This document shows positions 47,180-57,752 of a stretch of DNA of 64,000 nt, piece after piece. The notes beneath the pieces are model-generated. The model saw only the letters and a list, made by a program, of their open reading frames with translations. It was not told the origin of the DNA and did no database searches. Both the position numbers and the translations under genes were made by a program. This stretch comes from Candidatus Kapaibacterium sp. (GTDB taxonomy: Bacteria > Bacteroidota > Ignavibacteria > Kapaibacteriales > UBA2268): assembly GCA_035445085.1 (NCBI GenBank), contig DAOMQA010000006.1, forward strand, positions 21,540 to 85,539, read 5' to 3'. Each line of letters begins with the position of its first letter. Within the stretch, counting starts at the first letter, position 1.

Positions 47180-48088
47180 TTAATTATTATTTGGTTCGGG
47201 GAATCGGTTTTCGATTTCTTCTTTAACTTTTTCCATATACCACATTGGAGTACTTGTAGCTCCCGCTATACCAACAGTTTCAGCGCCGTCAAACCACTGC
47301 CAATCAATTTCTTCAATTTTTTCAACAAAATAGCTCTTTGGGTTCTCTTTTAAGCAAGAGCTAAACAAAGATTTACCATTTGAAGATGCTTTACCTGATA
47401 CAAAGATTAGTACATCATTATTCCGAGCGAACTCTTTAAATGGTTCTTCTCTACTCGTTACGGCACGGCAAGTAGTATTCCTAGATAATAATTTATCATC
47501 GACAGCTCCTAAATTAATCAAATCAACAATTTTATCTTGTAGATATTCTTCTATCTTGAAGAATAAAGACTTATCCATTGTGGTTTGAGACATAAGGACA
47601 GTTTTTTGATCGAAAGTAGTAATCTGCATTACTTCTTCCATAGTTTTTACAACTATACATTCATCATTACAAACACCTCGCAAGCCAATAACTTCAGGGT
47701 GTTCTTTTTTTCCAAAAATAATTATTTGAAACCCTTGATCGTGATACTTTCTTACTCTATTTTGTAAATTGGTTACTAATGGGCAAGTTGCGTCTACATA
47801 ATTTATATTGAGGTCTTTAAACTTCTTATATGTTGATGGCGGCTCGCCGTGTGCTCTAATGATAATATTGGCATCTTTATCATTTTTAACAACTTCCTCA
47901 AGATCAGCATGCGAAATTGTCTTTAATCCCTTTTGTGCTAACCTATCAATTTCCATAGGGTTGTGAATAATATTACCTAAAATATAGGTATGTTCGCCTT
48001 TGTTATGTTGAAGGGTATCTTCTGCTATGTCTACAGTTCTAACAACACCCCAACAAAAGCCAGATTTACTATTAATTGAAACTTTCAT
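47180..48088 (-). CDS. ispH: 4-hydroxy-3-methylbut-2-enyl diphosphate reductase
   Basis: 302 aa beginning MKVSINSKSGFCWGVVRTV, with the conserved Cys ligands. Confidence 0.9.
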   Translation of the reverse strand: MKVSINSKSGFCWGVVRTVDIAEDTLQHNKGEHTYILGNIIHNPMEIDRLAQKGLKTISHADLEEVVKNDKDANIIIRAHGEPPSTYKKFKDLNINYVDATCPLVTNLQNRVRKYHDQGFQIIIFGKKEHPEVIGLRGVCNDECIVVKTMEEVMQITTFDQKTVLMSQTTMDKSLFFKIEEYLQDKIVDLINLGAVDDKLLSRNTTCRAVTSREEPFKEFARNNDVLIFVSGKASSNGKSLFSSCLKENPKSYFVEKIEEIDWQWFDGAETVGIAGATSTPMWYMEKVKEEIENRFPEPNNN

Positions 48089-48089
48089 T

Positions 48090-48761
48090 TTAATCTAATA
48101 TAATTTTATTAGCTAAATCAATAACTTTATTTGTTTGCTCAATAATTGTAAGGTTTGAAGTATCAATCTCAATAGCATCTTCAGCTTTCTTTAAAGGAGA
48201 TATATTTCTTGAGCTATCATATAAATCTCGGTCTGAAATTAATTTCTCAACTTCACTTATTGTTACTTCCATACCTTTTTTAGTCATTTCCAAATATCTT
48301 CGCTCTGCACGTGCTTGTATAGACGCAATAAGATAGATTTTAAGTTCGGCGTTTGGAAAAACAACTGTTCCAATATCACGACCATCCATAACCACTCCAC
48401 CAGACTTACCCATTTCTCTTTGTTGAGCCACCATTAGCTCTCTTACGTAAGCATCTGCACTTACAGGGCTTACAAACTTAGTAACATCAGGAGTTCGTAT
48501 TGCATCGCTAACATCAACGCCATTTAAAAAAGTTTTCTGCCCGTCTATAGACTGCTTCAGTTCTATTTTAGATTGGTCAGAGATAGTATGTAAATTTTCG
48601 GGCGTTAATTCTAAACCTGCCTGGAGCCATGCTAAAGTTATTGCTCTATACATAGCTCCAGTATCTATATATATATAATTTAACTTTTCAGCTATTATTT
48701 TAGCTGATGACGATTTACCAGACCCTGCTGGACCATCAATTGCAATGATAATCTTTTTCAT
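48090..48761 (-). CDS. cmk: (d)CMP kinase
   Basis: IIIAIDGPAGSGKSSSAKIIAEKLNYIYIDTGAMYRA. Confidence 0.9.
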   Translation of the reverse strand: MKKIIIAIDGPAGSGKSSSAKIIAEKLNYIYIDTGAMYRAITLAWLQAGLELTPENLHTISDQSKIELKQSIDGQKTFLNGVDVSDAIRTPDVTKFVSPVSADAYVRELMVAQQREMGKSGGVVMDGRDIGTVVFPNAELKIYLIASIQARAERRYLEMTKKGMEVTISEVEKLISDRDLYDSSRNISPLKKAEDAIEIDTSNLTIIEQTNKVIDLANKIILD

Positions 48762-49464
48762 ATAATAATTTTATAATAGTTGATTTTACTAAGTCTACGT
48801 TTGAGAAATCGTGAAAAATGGCATCGGGGACTAATTGATTAAGTGCTTCATAACTTTGTTTGCCAGTTGCTACGCAAACGAATTTAATATTGTTTACTCT
48901 GGCGCACTCTTCATCGCGATAAGTGTCACCAATAATCAAAGTGTTTTTATGGTTAAATATGGTGGCATCAAAATAATTATTAGCGCGATTAATAGCAATC
49001 GGTGCTAATTCATTCCTATCATGAGAATCACAACCAAAAGCTCCAAACTTAAAATAACTATCTAATTTCACTGCCCTTAATTTATGATAAGCATTTTGAT
49101 GGATATTTCCAGTTAATAATCCTAATTCAATAAAAGGTAATTCGGATAATTCTTTTACGAGTTGAGAGACCCCGGGTAGTATTTTAGTTGTATTTGAGTT
49201 AGTATGACGTTCAAAAGTATCGGATAATGCCTTCCAAAACTTAGGGATACTATCTTCAAGTTGCTCTAATGAATATCCAATTTCCTTAGCTATACTTTTA
49301 ATTATTTGCAAATCTGTCATACCTTGAAAGTCTGGTATCACAGATTCACTAATATTTTTATTAAAATAATCTTGTAAAAGCTCTAAAATGAGTTCTTTTG
49401 CCAGATTTGGTGCAAAATTTAGAATTGTACCATCAATATCGAATAATACGAGATACTTTTTCAT
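48736..49464 (-). CDS. HAD-superfamily hydrolase
   Basis: N-terminal LVLFDIDGTI (DxDxT motif I) and a C-terminal GD motif. Confidence 0.7.
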   Translation of the reverse strand: MKKYLVLFDIDGTILNFAPNLAKELILELLQDYFNKNISESVIPDFQGMTDLQIIKSIAKEIGYSLEQLEDSIPKFWKALSDTFERHTNSNTTKILPGVSQLVKELSELPFIELGLLTGNIHQNAYHKLRAVKLDSYFKFGAFGCDSHDRNELAPIAINRANNYFDATIFNHKNTLIIGDTYRDEECARVNNIKFVCVATGKQSYEALNQLVPDAIFHDFSNVDLVKSTIIKLLYEKDYHCN

Positions 49465-49904
49465 TAAAATGGAATATCGTCGTCCTCATCTTCTTCATTA
49501 TTCTTGAAATTATTCGTATTCGATGAGCTTTCATCTTTACTAAATTGAGAAGAGGAACTAGTAGTAGATTTAGGGTCTAAATTAATAAGATTATTTGCAT
49601 ATACTTCGGTAATATATCTTGTAATGCCGTCTTTACCTTCGTAGGAACGTGTTTTGATTTTACCGTCTATAAATACTTTAGAGCCTTTCTTTAAATTTCG
49701 AGCAGCATTCTCAGCTAAATGTTCCCACAACACAACACTATGCCACTCAGTATTTTCTTTCCATTCACCAGAATTTTTGTCTTTGTAAGCTTCTGATGTA
49801 GCAATTTTTAAAGTACAAACACTAGCCCCTTGTGGGGTATTTCTTAACTCTGGGTCTGCACCTAAATTCCCAATTAATTCAATACGATTTAAACTTCTTG
49901 CCAT
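49464..49904 (-). CDS. ssb: Single-stranded DNA-binding protein
   Basis: MARSLNRIELIGNLGADPELRNTPQGASVCTLKIATSE, and an acidic C-terminal tail DDDIPF. Confidence 0.9.
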   Translation of the reverse strand: MARSLNRIELIGNLGADPELRNTPQGASVCTLKIATSEAYKDKNSGEWKENTEWHSVVLWEHLAENAARNLKKGSKVFIDGKIKTRSYEGKDGITRYITEVYANNLINLDPKSTTSSSSQFSKDESSSNTNNFKNNEEDEDDDIPF

Positions 49905-49935
49905 CTTTTTCCCTTTTAAATATAGTTTGACTAAC

Positions 49936-50739
49936 TTACTGATAAATTATTTGAAAACCAATTGCGGAATAATTAATTTTATCTTTATAAAACATTCCAT
50001 GTATGCTATTACCAGAATAATAGTAATAGCCAAGGAATAAGCCAATATTTTGTAAAAATTTTATATTCATTCCTATTTGAGAATTAAAGTTTGTGGTGTT
50101 TTCACCATTGGCAAGATGAAGGCAACCACTAATTTCAAAATTATTACTCAATTTATATAGAATATCAGAACCGAGCTGTCCTTGTAATTCTGTAATATCA
50201 TCAGGTTGAGTAGAAAATACTTCCTTGATACCTAAATATGGTCTAATGTATGCACCGTTAGATAAATAAATGTAGCTTGCTAAATGTGCTTCGGCAAATT
50301 CTCTACTATATACAAATGGTTGTTTAAAAAAGAACCCCTTGTTTGAATATCCATCTACCAAATGAGATGATATATGAGCAACTCTAATTCTACTTTCAAA
50401 ATGTTCATTGAAAATTGTAAATTTAGCAGAATAATTAATTCCGAAAAAATAATCAGAAGTTTCTACTGGAAACTTAAAATTATCTTCACTTCTTAGCCTA
50501 GTAAAGGTAAAGAAATCTGCACCAAAAGACATTTCATTATCTTTGCCTTCATTTAACTTTATCAAATCGAACGAAGCTCCTATGTCTAATCTTAAATTAT
50601 TATCATTAAAATTATATGAGCTACCAATTCTCGGCTCAAATGTATATGCAGTTAGTGGTTTAAAGGTTAGTATGCTCGCAAAAGTGTTGATGCTACTAAC
50701 TGAAACAAATAATAATATAGCTACAAGTATAAATTGCAT
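49936..50739 (-). CDS. Hypothetical outer-membrane beta-barrel-like protein, immediately downstream of lpxA
   Basis: Start chosen at MQFILVAILLFVSVSSINTFA, a signal peptide, 1 nt after the lpxA stop. The rest has alternating hydrophobic/aromatic beta-strand periodicity. The family is unrecognised. Confidence 0.35.
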   Translation of the reverse strand: MQFILVAILLFVSVSSINTFASILTFKPLTAYTFEPRIGSSYNFNDNNLRLDIGASFDLIKLNEGKDNEMSFGADFFTFTRLRSEDNFKFPVETSDYFFGINYSAKFTIFNEHFESRIRVAHISSHLVDGYSNKGFFFKQPFVYSREFAEAHLASYIYLSNGAYIRPYLGIKEVFSTQPDDITELQGQLGSDILYKLSNNFEISGCLHLANGENTTNFNSQIGMNIKFLQNIGLFLGYYYYSGNSIHGMFYKDKINYSAIGFQIIYQ

Positions 50740-50740
50740 T

Positions 50741-51517
50741 TTATCGGTGTATTCCTCTGACAGAATTTTGAATAAATTCAATACAATGCTTAACCTCATC
50801 TGAAATAACTTCACGTTTCAAAAATTCCTTAATACCGTCTTTGTTATTAAAACCAGAAAATAGAATTGTATCATAAAATTGTTCAATTTCTTTAATTAAT
50901 TCATTAGAATAACCACGCCTTCTAAGACCAACTTTATTAATACCTTCAACTTGAGCTGGCTTCCTATCTATTAAAGTATAAGGAGCTACATCTTTAACTA
51001 CTTTCGCATCGGCACCAATCATAGAGTGCATGCCTAATTTACAGAACTGGTGTATTTTGGTTACTCCGCCTAATACAACCCAATCTTCAATTATTACATG
51101 TCCGCCTAATTGTGAGGCATTTGACATAATAATATTATTTCCCAAATGGCAATCATGGGCCACATGGCAATAAGTCATTATTAGACAATTTTCGCCAACA
51201 ATAGTTCTACCAGTAGCGTGGGTACCTCTATTTATTGTGGCAAATTCTCTGATTTCAGTATTATCGCCAATATAAACATAAGTTTTTTCATTGTCGTATT
51301 TTAAATCTTGAGGTTCAGAAGAGATTATTGCATAAGAATATATTTTAACATTATTACCAATTCTTGAACCGTTTGCTATTACAGCTCCATTACGAATCTC
51401 GCAGTTATCACCAATAATAACATCGTCTTCAATCAATACATTTGAAGCAATTTTAACGTTATTACCGATTGTTGCATTAGGAGAAATTAAGGCAGTAGGA
51501 TGTATATTTTCATTCAT
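50741..51517 (-). CDS. lpxA: Acyl-ACP-UDP-N-acetylglucosamine O-acyltransferase
   Basis: 258 aa with left-handed beta-helix hexapeptide repeats and an LpxA N-terminus (MNENIHPTALISPNATIGNNVKI). Confidence 0.9.
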   Translation of the reverse strand: MNENIHPTALISPNATIGNNVKIASNVLIEDDVIIGDNCEIRNGAVIANGSRIGNNVKIYSYAIISSEPQDLKYDNEKTYVYIGDNTEIREFATINRGTHATGRTIVGENCLIMTYCHVAHDCHLGNNIIMSNASQLGGHVIIEDWVVLGGVTKIHQFCKLGMHSMIGADAKVVKDVAPYTLIDRKPAQVEGINKVGLRRRGYSNELIKEIEQFYDTILFSGFNNKDGIKEFLKREVISDEVKHCIEFIQNSVRGIHR

Positions 51518-51520
51518 ATA

Positions 51521-52912
51521 TTATCTGTCCACTAATGCTGCTTGGAATTCTGATTCGGCAGCCAATTGAGAATCAACATAAGCTTTACCTAAGAAGGTAA
51601 ATATATTTAATTTTTTGGAGACTAATTTTACTTCTAAAATTAATTGGTCACCGGGAATAACAGCACGTCTAAACTTAGCATTACTAACACCAATAAAAAA
51701 AGCTAATTTATTATTTAAATTATCAAATTTATTAAATAATATCATGCCTCCAGTCTGTGCTAATGCTTCAAGGATTAGCATACCCGGCATAACGGGTTTA
51801 CTGGGGAAGTGCCCATTAAAATATTCTTCATTAAAAGTAACATTTTTTAACCCAATGATAGTATCATTACTTTCATCATACTTAAGAACTCTATCTACTA
51901 ATAAGAAAGGGTATTTATGTGGGAGTAATGTTAATATTTTGTTAATATCATATAATAATATTCCAGGTTTTACCTTATCATTCTCTGTTTTTTTCTTTTC
52001 AAGATACAGTTTCCTAATTTTTTTCCCAAATTCAATATTAGAAGCATGGCCAGGCCGAGCCGCCAATATCTGAGCTTTAATAGGTACACCTATTAAAGCC
52101 AAATCACCTATCATATCCAAGAGTTTGTGCCTTGCAGGTTCATTTTTATATCTTAATTCAGTTCCATTAAGGATACCATTATCACCCATAGTAGGGGGGT
52201 GTTCTAATCCAAAAATATCTTTAAGTTCACTAAGTTCATCTTCAGTCATTTCTTTGTCATTGATGACTAAGGCACTATCTAACGAACCACCTTTAATTAG
52301 CCCTTGCTTATATAAAGAAACTACCTCAGTTAGAAAGCAAAATGTTCTGGCGGGCGCAAATTCACTCACAAATTCTTTGTCTAAATCAAATAAGCCAGAG
52401 TGCTGGCTACCCAATGCTGGATTAAAATAGTCTACCATAACTGTTATTCTGTAATTATCAGTAGGTAAGGCAACTATATCTACATATTTTGATTCATTAT
52501 TATAACTAACAGTCTCATCAACTACAAAGTAATTCCTTTCTGCTTCTTGCTCTTTAAAGCCCGCTTCAAGTAGTGCTTCAACGTAATGTATTGAACTACC
52601 ATCTATCACGGGAGGCTCATTAGAAGACAGCTCTATTTTACAATTATCTATGCGCAAGCCAACTAATGCAGCTAAAACGTGCTCTACTGTATGAACTTTT
52701 ACATCGCCTAAGCCTAAAGTAGTACCGCGTGATAAATCAACTACGTAATCAACTAATGCAGGGACTTCGACTGGAGGATTTAAATCAGCTCTCACAAACA
52801 TATAACCGTAATTTTCTGGTGCCGGATGAAATGTTATTGTGCATTGATTACCAGTATGTAGTCCTATTCCCGACATCGAAACCGATTTGTTTATTGTTCT
52901 CTGTTTTTCCAT
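51521..52912 (-). CDS. lpxC/fabZ: Bifunctional UDP-3-O-acyl-GlcNAc deacetylase / 3-hydroxyacyl-ACP dehydratase (LpxC-FabZ fusion)
   Basis: 463 aa. The N-terminal LpxC domain has GIGLHTGNQCTITFHPAP. The C-terminal FabZ hotdog domain has FNEEYFNGHFPSKPVMPGMLILEALAQ. This fusion is characteristic of the Bacteroidota/Chlorobi lineage. Confidence 0.9.
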   Translation of the reverse strand: MEKQRTINKSVSMSGIGLHTGNQCTITFHPAPENYGYMFVRADLNPPVEVPALVDYVVDLSRGTTLGLGDVKVHTVEHVLAALVGLRIDNCKIELSSNEPPVIDGSSIHYVEALLEAGFKEQEAERNYFVVDETVSYNNESKYVDIVALPTDNYRITVMVDYFNPALGSQHSGLFDLDKEFVSEFAPARTFCFLTEVVSLYKQGLIKGGSLDSALVINDKEMTEDELSELKDIFGLEHPPTMGDNGILNGTELRYKNEPARHKLLDMIGDLALIGVPIKAQILAARPGHASNIEFGKKIRKLYLEKKKTENDKVKPGILLYDINKILTLLPHKYPFLLVDRVLKYDESNDTIIGLKNVTFNEEYFNGHFPSKPVMPGMLILEALAQTGGMILFNKFDNLNNKLAFFIGVSNAKFRRAVIPGDQLILEVKLVSKKLNIFTFLGKAYVDSQLAAESEFQAALVDR

Positions 52913-52927
52913 AATCTATTATTATTA

Positions 52928-52957
52928 TAAAAAAAATCAGTATAGATACTGATTTAG
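52928..52957 (-). terminator. Rho-independent terminator downstream of lpxD
   Basis: On the minus strand, the hairpin atcagtat-cta-atactgat is followed by TTTTTTTT. It sits between the lpxD stop (53015) and the lpxC/fabZ start (52912). Confidence 0.6.
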
Positions 52958-53014
52958 CAAAAGACAAAAATAACAAAATTCTTTATCATTATAATTTATA
53001 TTTTTATTAATCCA

Positions 53015-54046
53015 TTATTTTTGAATAGATTTTTTTAAACTATTAATATCTTCAAGAACTTCGGGCAACTGGTTAATAACAGCTTCTATTCTAAATGCTT
53101 TTTTTACATCTCTAATAGGGGAACCAAAGTAAACACCAGATTTATTTATAGTTTTAGAGACTCCAGATTGGGCTAAAATAGTAACATCATCACAGATTTC
53201 TAAGTGCCCAGCAATGCCCGTTTGCCCTCCCAATCTTGCTCTATTACCGATTTTAACTGAACCTGAAATTCCTACTTGTGCAGCAATACCAGAATTTTGC
53301 CCAATATCACAATTATGAGCTATATGGACTAAATTATCGATTTTAGTTCCTTTTCTTATAATAGTTGTTCCCATTAAGGCACAATCAATAGTTGAATTAG
53401 CTCCTATTTCTACATTATCTTCTAATTCTACATTGCCAAGTTGTGGAATCCGATCATAAGAGGCGTCTTCTGGGTTTTCTAAGTAGCCAAAGCCATCAGA
53501 ACCTATTACAGAACCCGCCTGTAATATGCAATTATCACCAATTTTAGTATTTTTATATATCGTTACATTAGGATAAATGATAGTATTTCTACCAATCACT
53601 ACATCGTCTGCAATTACGGAATTTGAATATATTTTAGTATATGCACCAATTTTACAGTCATTACCAACAACAACATTCTCAGCTAAATAAACACTATTAT
53701 CTATGATACAAGAATCCCCAATTATTACCGAATGGTGGGCGCCTACTTTTTTATCAGAATTTTGGCTCTCAATAAATTTTAATAATCGTACTAAGGATTT
53801 GTATGGAGCATCTAATTTAATATAAACTTGGTTTGGATTAGGTAATTTTATTAAGCTATTAGGAACTAATAGGCATGTAGCTTTACATTCTGGTAAATAT
53901 TTCTCATACTTATCAGAATAATAAAAGGATAAATCCCCTTCTTTAGCTAATTCGATTCCATTTAGACCATTAATTTTTGAATTTGTTTCGCCAACAATTG
54001 TACCACCAAGTAATTCAGCAATTTGGCTAATTGAAAAATTTATCAT
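53015..54046 (-). CDS. lpxD: UDP-3-O-(3-hydroxyacyl)glucosamine N-acyltransferase
   Basis: 343 aa with a LbH hexapeptide-repeat core and an LpxD N-terminal domain. Confidence 0.9.
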   Translation of the reverse strand: MINFSISQIAELLGGTIVGETNSKINGLNGIELAKEGDLSFYYSDKYEKYLPECKATCLLVPNSLIKLPNPNQVYIKLDAPYKSLVRLLKFIESQNSDKKVGAHHSVIIGDSCIIDNSVYLAENVVVGNDCKIGAYTKIYSNSVIADDVVIGRNTIIYPNVTIYKNTKIGDNCILQAGSVIGSDGFGYLENPEDASYDRIPQLGNVELEDNVEIGANSTIDCALMGTTIIRKGTKIDNLVHIAHNCDIGQNSGIAAQVGISGSVKIGNRARLGGQTGIAGHLEICDDVTILAQSGVSKTINKSGVYFGSPIRDVKKAFRIEAVINQLPEVLEDINSLKKSIQK

Positions 54047-54051
54047 TATGC

Positions 54052-54759
54052 TTATTTTTTGGGTTTAGATAATTCTTTAGTGCTATTGGGATCAAGAACA
54101 GGTTGTTCGTGCTTATCTTGATCGAACTGTCTTTCATTAGTATCGTCTTGTTTGCCCGTGCGACTTCTTCTCCGCGGAGCTTTCGATTCTGTTTCAATGT
54201 TTCTAGGGTCTTTATCTATCTTATCTTTTAATTCTTTTTCTAAATCTTCTACCTCTACACCTAAGGCTTTTAAGATATGCACCGTCAAGTCATACTTATA
54301 ATTAACATATGCTAAGGGCTGAATTGATTGGTCCCAAATAATATCAAAACTTTTATCGGCTGCTACCTGTTGTACTGCAGCATATATTTTTTCTTCTACA
54401 GAAGTAAAAATTGTCTTTACAGCATTGTCGTATTTACCGTTTGGTTCGAATATTTGTCTAGCGTTTTCATCCCTTTGTTTTTTTAATGTCTGTAACTCTG
54501 TATCCTTAGCTAACCTCTCTACTTCAGTCCAAACTAATCTATTTTTCTTAATTTCAAACTCTAAGTTATCTATTTTCATTTGCATTGCATCGAGTTCTCT
54601 CTGCCATTCATCAGTCATTGATTGTACGCGTTGCTTAGCTTGCTGAGCATCGGGAAGTTTTTCCCTAATAGTTTGAGAATTAAAAAAGCCAACTCTTTGT
54701 GCAAGCATAATATTGCTTGCACAAATTAAGGATATAAATATAATTAAGTACTTTTTCAT
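54052..54759 (-). CDS. OmpH/Skp family periplasmic chaperone
   Basis: 235 aa with a signal peptide and a coiled-coil rich in Q/E/K. It sits between bamA and lpxD, the classic Skp position. Confidence 0.7.
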   Translation of the reverse strand: MKKYLIIFISLICASNIMLAQRVGFFNSQTIREKLPDAQQAKQRVQSMTDEWQRELDAMQMKIDNLEFEIKKNRLVWTEVERLAKDTELQTLKKQRDENARQIFEPNGKYDNAVKTIFTSVEEKIYAAVQQVAADKSFDIIWDQSIQPLAYVNYKYDLTVHILKALGVEVEDLEKELKDKIDKDPRNIETESKAPRRRSRTGKQDDTNERQFDQDKHEQPVLDPNSTKELSKPKK

Positions 54760-54795
54760 AATATTTATTAGATATAATTAGACAGAAGTCAAAAA

Positions 54796-55329
54796 TTATT
54801 TACCTGCTGTCCCTCTTTTTATTGCATCAATGACAGTAAATGTAATATCAATAGATGATTCAGAGTATAAGACCATTAATTTATCAACTACCATTTGGAA
54901 TTTTTCTTTTTTAGCAACCACTTCAATTGCTTGCTTTACTTTTTCTCTAATAGGTGCTAATAATTTTTCTCTTAAAGTACCTAACTCACCTTGCTGCCCA
55001 AACTTGTCTTCTTGATACTGCAATAAGGTCATTTGTTGTTTTTGCAAATTTTCCTCCTCACTTTTTTGCTTATCTTGAGGCATCATTGATTTCTGTTTTT
55101 GATATTGCTCAAATTTAGATTGAAGGTCGTTTCTCATTGTCAAAAGTGTATCTTGCCATTTTTGACCAATCTCTTTTATTTGCTTATCAGCTGCAATTGC
55201 CTCTGGCAATTCTTTAAGTACTGATTCTACTTCTACAACAGCCACTTTGAATTGTTGCGATTGCAATGCTGTGCCAGAAACTGCAAAAGTTATTAAACCA
55301 CAAACAATCATTGATTTGAATTTAAGCAT
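54796..55329 (-). CDS. OmpH/Skp family periplasmic chaperone (second tandem copy)
   Basis: Start chosen at MLKFKSMIVCGLITFAVSGTALQ (signal peptide). A coiled-coil body follows. Confidence 0.65.
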   Translation of the reverse strand: MLKFKSMIVCGLITFAVSGTALQSQQFKVAVVEVESVLKELPEAIAADKQIKEIGQKWQDTLLTMRNDLQSKFEQYQKQKSMMPQDKQKSEEENLQKQQMTLLQYQEDKFGQQGELGTLREKLLAPIREKVKQAIEVVAKKEKFQMVVDKLMVLYSESSIDITFTVIDAIKRGTAGK

Positions 55330-55382
55330 AGTTGCTCCATAAATTATTAAATTATTGTATTGACGCATTACTAAAAAATATG

Positions 55383-57752
55383 TTACTGACCTAAATGAAA
55401 TAAAAATCGCCAACCAGATACATCAGCCTCGTCGGCATATTTATCAAAGCCATAGCCATAGCTAAAACCTACTACTCCAATAGGAGCTATCATCAATTGA
55501 ACACCAACACCAGCTGATCTTTTGAGATTAAAGGGGTCAGTATTTTGGAAGTCCTTAAATATATTACCTGCTTCTGCAAATCCATATACATAAACTGGCA
55601 TAGGGTCTAATGATATAGCAAATCTTAATTCAGCTGTATATTTCATTAAAAATTTATCTCCATAACCAGTTCCTAACTTACTATCGGGGTACCCTCTTAG
55701 AGGCGTTACATTAGTAAATCCACTTAAGCCATTTCCACCCATTCTATATAATTCGATAGGGGAGATAGTAGTGTCAGAATTAAAGCCATTGATATAGCCA
55801 ATTTTAGAACCTAACATAAATACTAATCTGTCGCTACCTTCAATCTTTGCTAATGGACTAAAAATCTCAAAATTTAATTCATTTTTAAAATAATCGATTT
55901 CTCCTAAGCCAATTGCACCCATAGCAAAATCAGTTGAATATGTAAACTTAGAGCCTGTTGATGGAAAGAACATATTATTTATGGATATTCTTGAAAAGCG
56001 TTGTCCGATAGTAATTTCGTTATACTTGCCTTGTCTATAATATATGTTCCCAGTTTTGTTGTCATTAATTTGAGCTCTTATACTCCAATCACCACGCCAA
56101 AAATCATCTGGCCATTTAAATCTACGACCAATATTAAGACCAACGCCTGTCCTAGATTGGTTTAAATCTAAAAAGTTATAATAAGAATCAAATACTGAAA
56201 AACCTACAGTAGTGGGTTCGTCGAATAGCCAAGGTTCAGTTAGACCAAGTGAAAAGGTACGATACCTATTGGCTTGACCAAATTCCCATTGAAAATTAAA
56301 TACCTGTCCAGCACCGCCACGTAATGGCTCTGCAATAGAGAAATTATTAAAAGTAAAACCAACCGATCCAGTTAGACCAAATGTACCAGCAAAGCCAATA
56401 GAAGCATTGAAGGTATCAGTAGAACGTTCTTCAACTTTATATATCAAATCAACCGATGTATTATCTGTTTGAGAAGGCTTTACATCCGGGCGTAAAGTTT
56501 CTGGATTAAAATACTGCATAACTTGCAAAGCTCTTATACTTCGAATGATAGCTGAACGGTCAAAGTAGTCGCCGGGCTTTGTATATAACTCACGCCGAAT
56601 TACTTTATCTTTAGTTTTGGTGTTTCCTACAATCTCAATCTTGCCAAACCTTACTCTATCGCCTTCGAATACCTTTACGGTTATATCGACAGAATCAGGA
56701 GGAACTCTGTATACTTCAGGCATTAACCTTGCTTGTAAATAGCCATTATCCATATATAATGATGCAGCATCGGTCTGGTTTTGATTGCCTGATAAATTCA
56801 TCTGGAATTCTTCTAAGTTATAATAATCACCTTTTTTAAATTCTAATCTTCTCTCCAAAACCTTATTGTCAAACACTAAATTTCCTTCAAATTTAATATT
56901 ACGTATATAAACCCTTGGACCTTCATCTACTTGTAAAGTTATATTGACTGTTTTGTCTATTGGATTATATTCTAAGGAATCTCCGATTAACGAGGCGTCT
57001 ATATAGCCTTGATTTTGCATATATTTTACAAGTAATTTTTTATCTTCATCATATTTCTTTTTATCAAATTTAGCTGATTTCCAAATTTGCCACCAAGATT
57101 TGGTTGAGGTTTCTTTAAATGAGCCAGCCAAATCATCAGAGCTTAAATTATGGTTACCAACAAAATTGATAGAATTTACTTTGAAAGCAGCGCCTTCATT
57201 TATATCTATCAATAAATTGACATAGTGAGATGTATCAGTTACTTCGGTTTTTATATCAACTTCTACGAATGAGATTCCTTCTTTTTCGTATAATTTTATA
57301 ATTTCATCTTTTGCTTTTTGCAAATCATTGTTGGATATAATATCGCCTTTGATTTTGCCTGTGGCTTTTTTGATTTCAAATTCATCAATTTCTTTATTAT
57401 TATATATCAAAATAGAGCTTAGCCTTGGAAATTCCTCAACAATGATATTGAGAAATATACCCATTGGAGTTATTTTTTCTATCTTTATATCTATAAATGA
57501 AAATTGCTTACGTTTCCATAAATTTTGAATTGCTCTTTGGATTGCAAAATCATTAATAAGCTTGATTTGATTGCCAACTCTTAAGCCAGAGATTGAAATT
57601 ATTGTTTCGGTATCTGCGTATACATTGCCTGATACAGTAATACCAGCTATTGTTAGCTCTTGCTCTTGGTTTGTTTGTGCCAAAATTGTTATAGAGCAAA
57701 TTGGTAGGAGAATCAATAAAAATATAGTTCTACTAAATATTTTTGAAAGCAT
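55383..57752 (-). CDS. bamA: Outer membrane protein assembly factor BamA
   Basis: 789 aa with a signal peptide, POTRA repeats and a C-terminal Omp85 barrel ending ...GWRFLFHLGQ. Confidence 0.9.
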   Translation of the reverse strand: MLSKIFSRTIFLLILLPICSITILAQTNQEQELTIAGITVSGNVYADTETIISISGLRVGNQIKLINDFAIQRAIQNLWKRKQFSFIDIKIEKITPMGIFLNIIVEEFPRLSSILIYNNKEIDEFEIKKATGKIKGDIISNNDLQKAKDEIIKLYEKEGISFVEVDIKTEVTDTSHYVNLLIDINEGAAFKVNSINFVGNHNLSSDDLAGSFKETSTKSWWQIWKSAKFDKKKYDEDKKLLVKYMQNQGYIDASLIGDSLEYNPIDKTVNITLQVDEGPRVYIRNIKFEGNLVFDNKVLERRLEFKKGDYYNLEEFQMNLSGNQNQTDAASLYMDNGYLQARLMPEVYRVPPDSVDITVKVFEGDRVRFGKIEIVGNTKTKDKVIRRELYTKPGDYFDRSAIIRSIRALQVMQYFNPETLRPDVKPSQTDNTSVDLIYKVEERSTDTFNASIGFAGTFGLTGSVGFTFNNFSIAEPLRGGAGQVFNFQWEFGQANRYRTFSLGLTEPWLFDEPTTVGFSVFDSYYNFLDLNQSRTGVGLNIGRRFKWPDDFWRGDWSIRAQINDNKTGNIYYRQGKYNEITIGQRFSRISINNMFFPSTGSKFTYSTDFAMGAIGLGEIDYFKNELNFEIFSPLAKIEGSDRLVFMLGSKIGYINGFNSDTTISPIELYRMGGNGLSGFTNVTPLRGYPDSKLGTGYGDKFLMKYTAELRFAISLDPMPVYVYGFAEAGNIFKDFQNTDPFNLKRSAGVGVQLMIAPIGVVGFSYGYGFDKYADEADVSGWRFLFHLGQ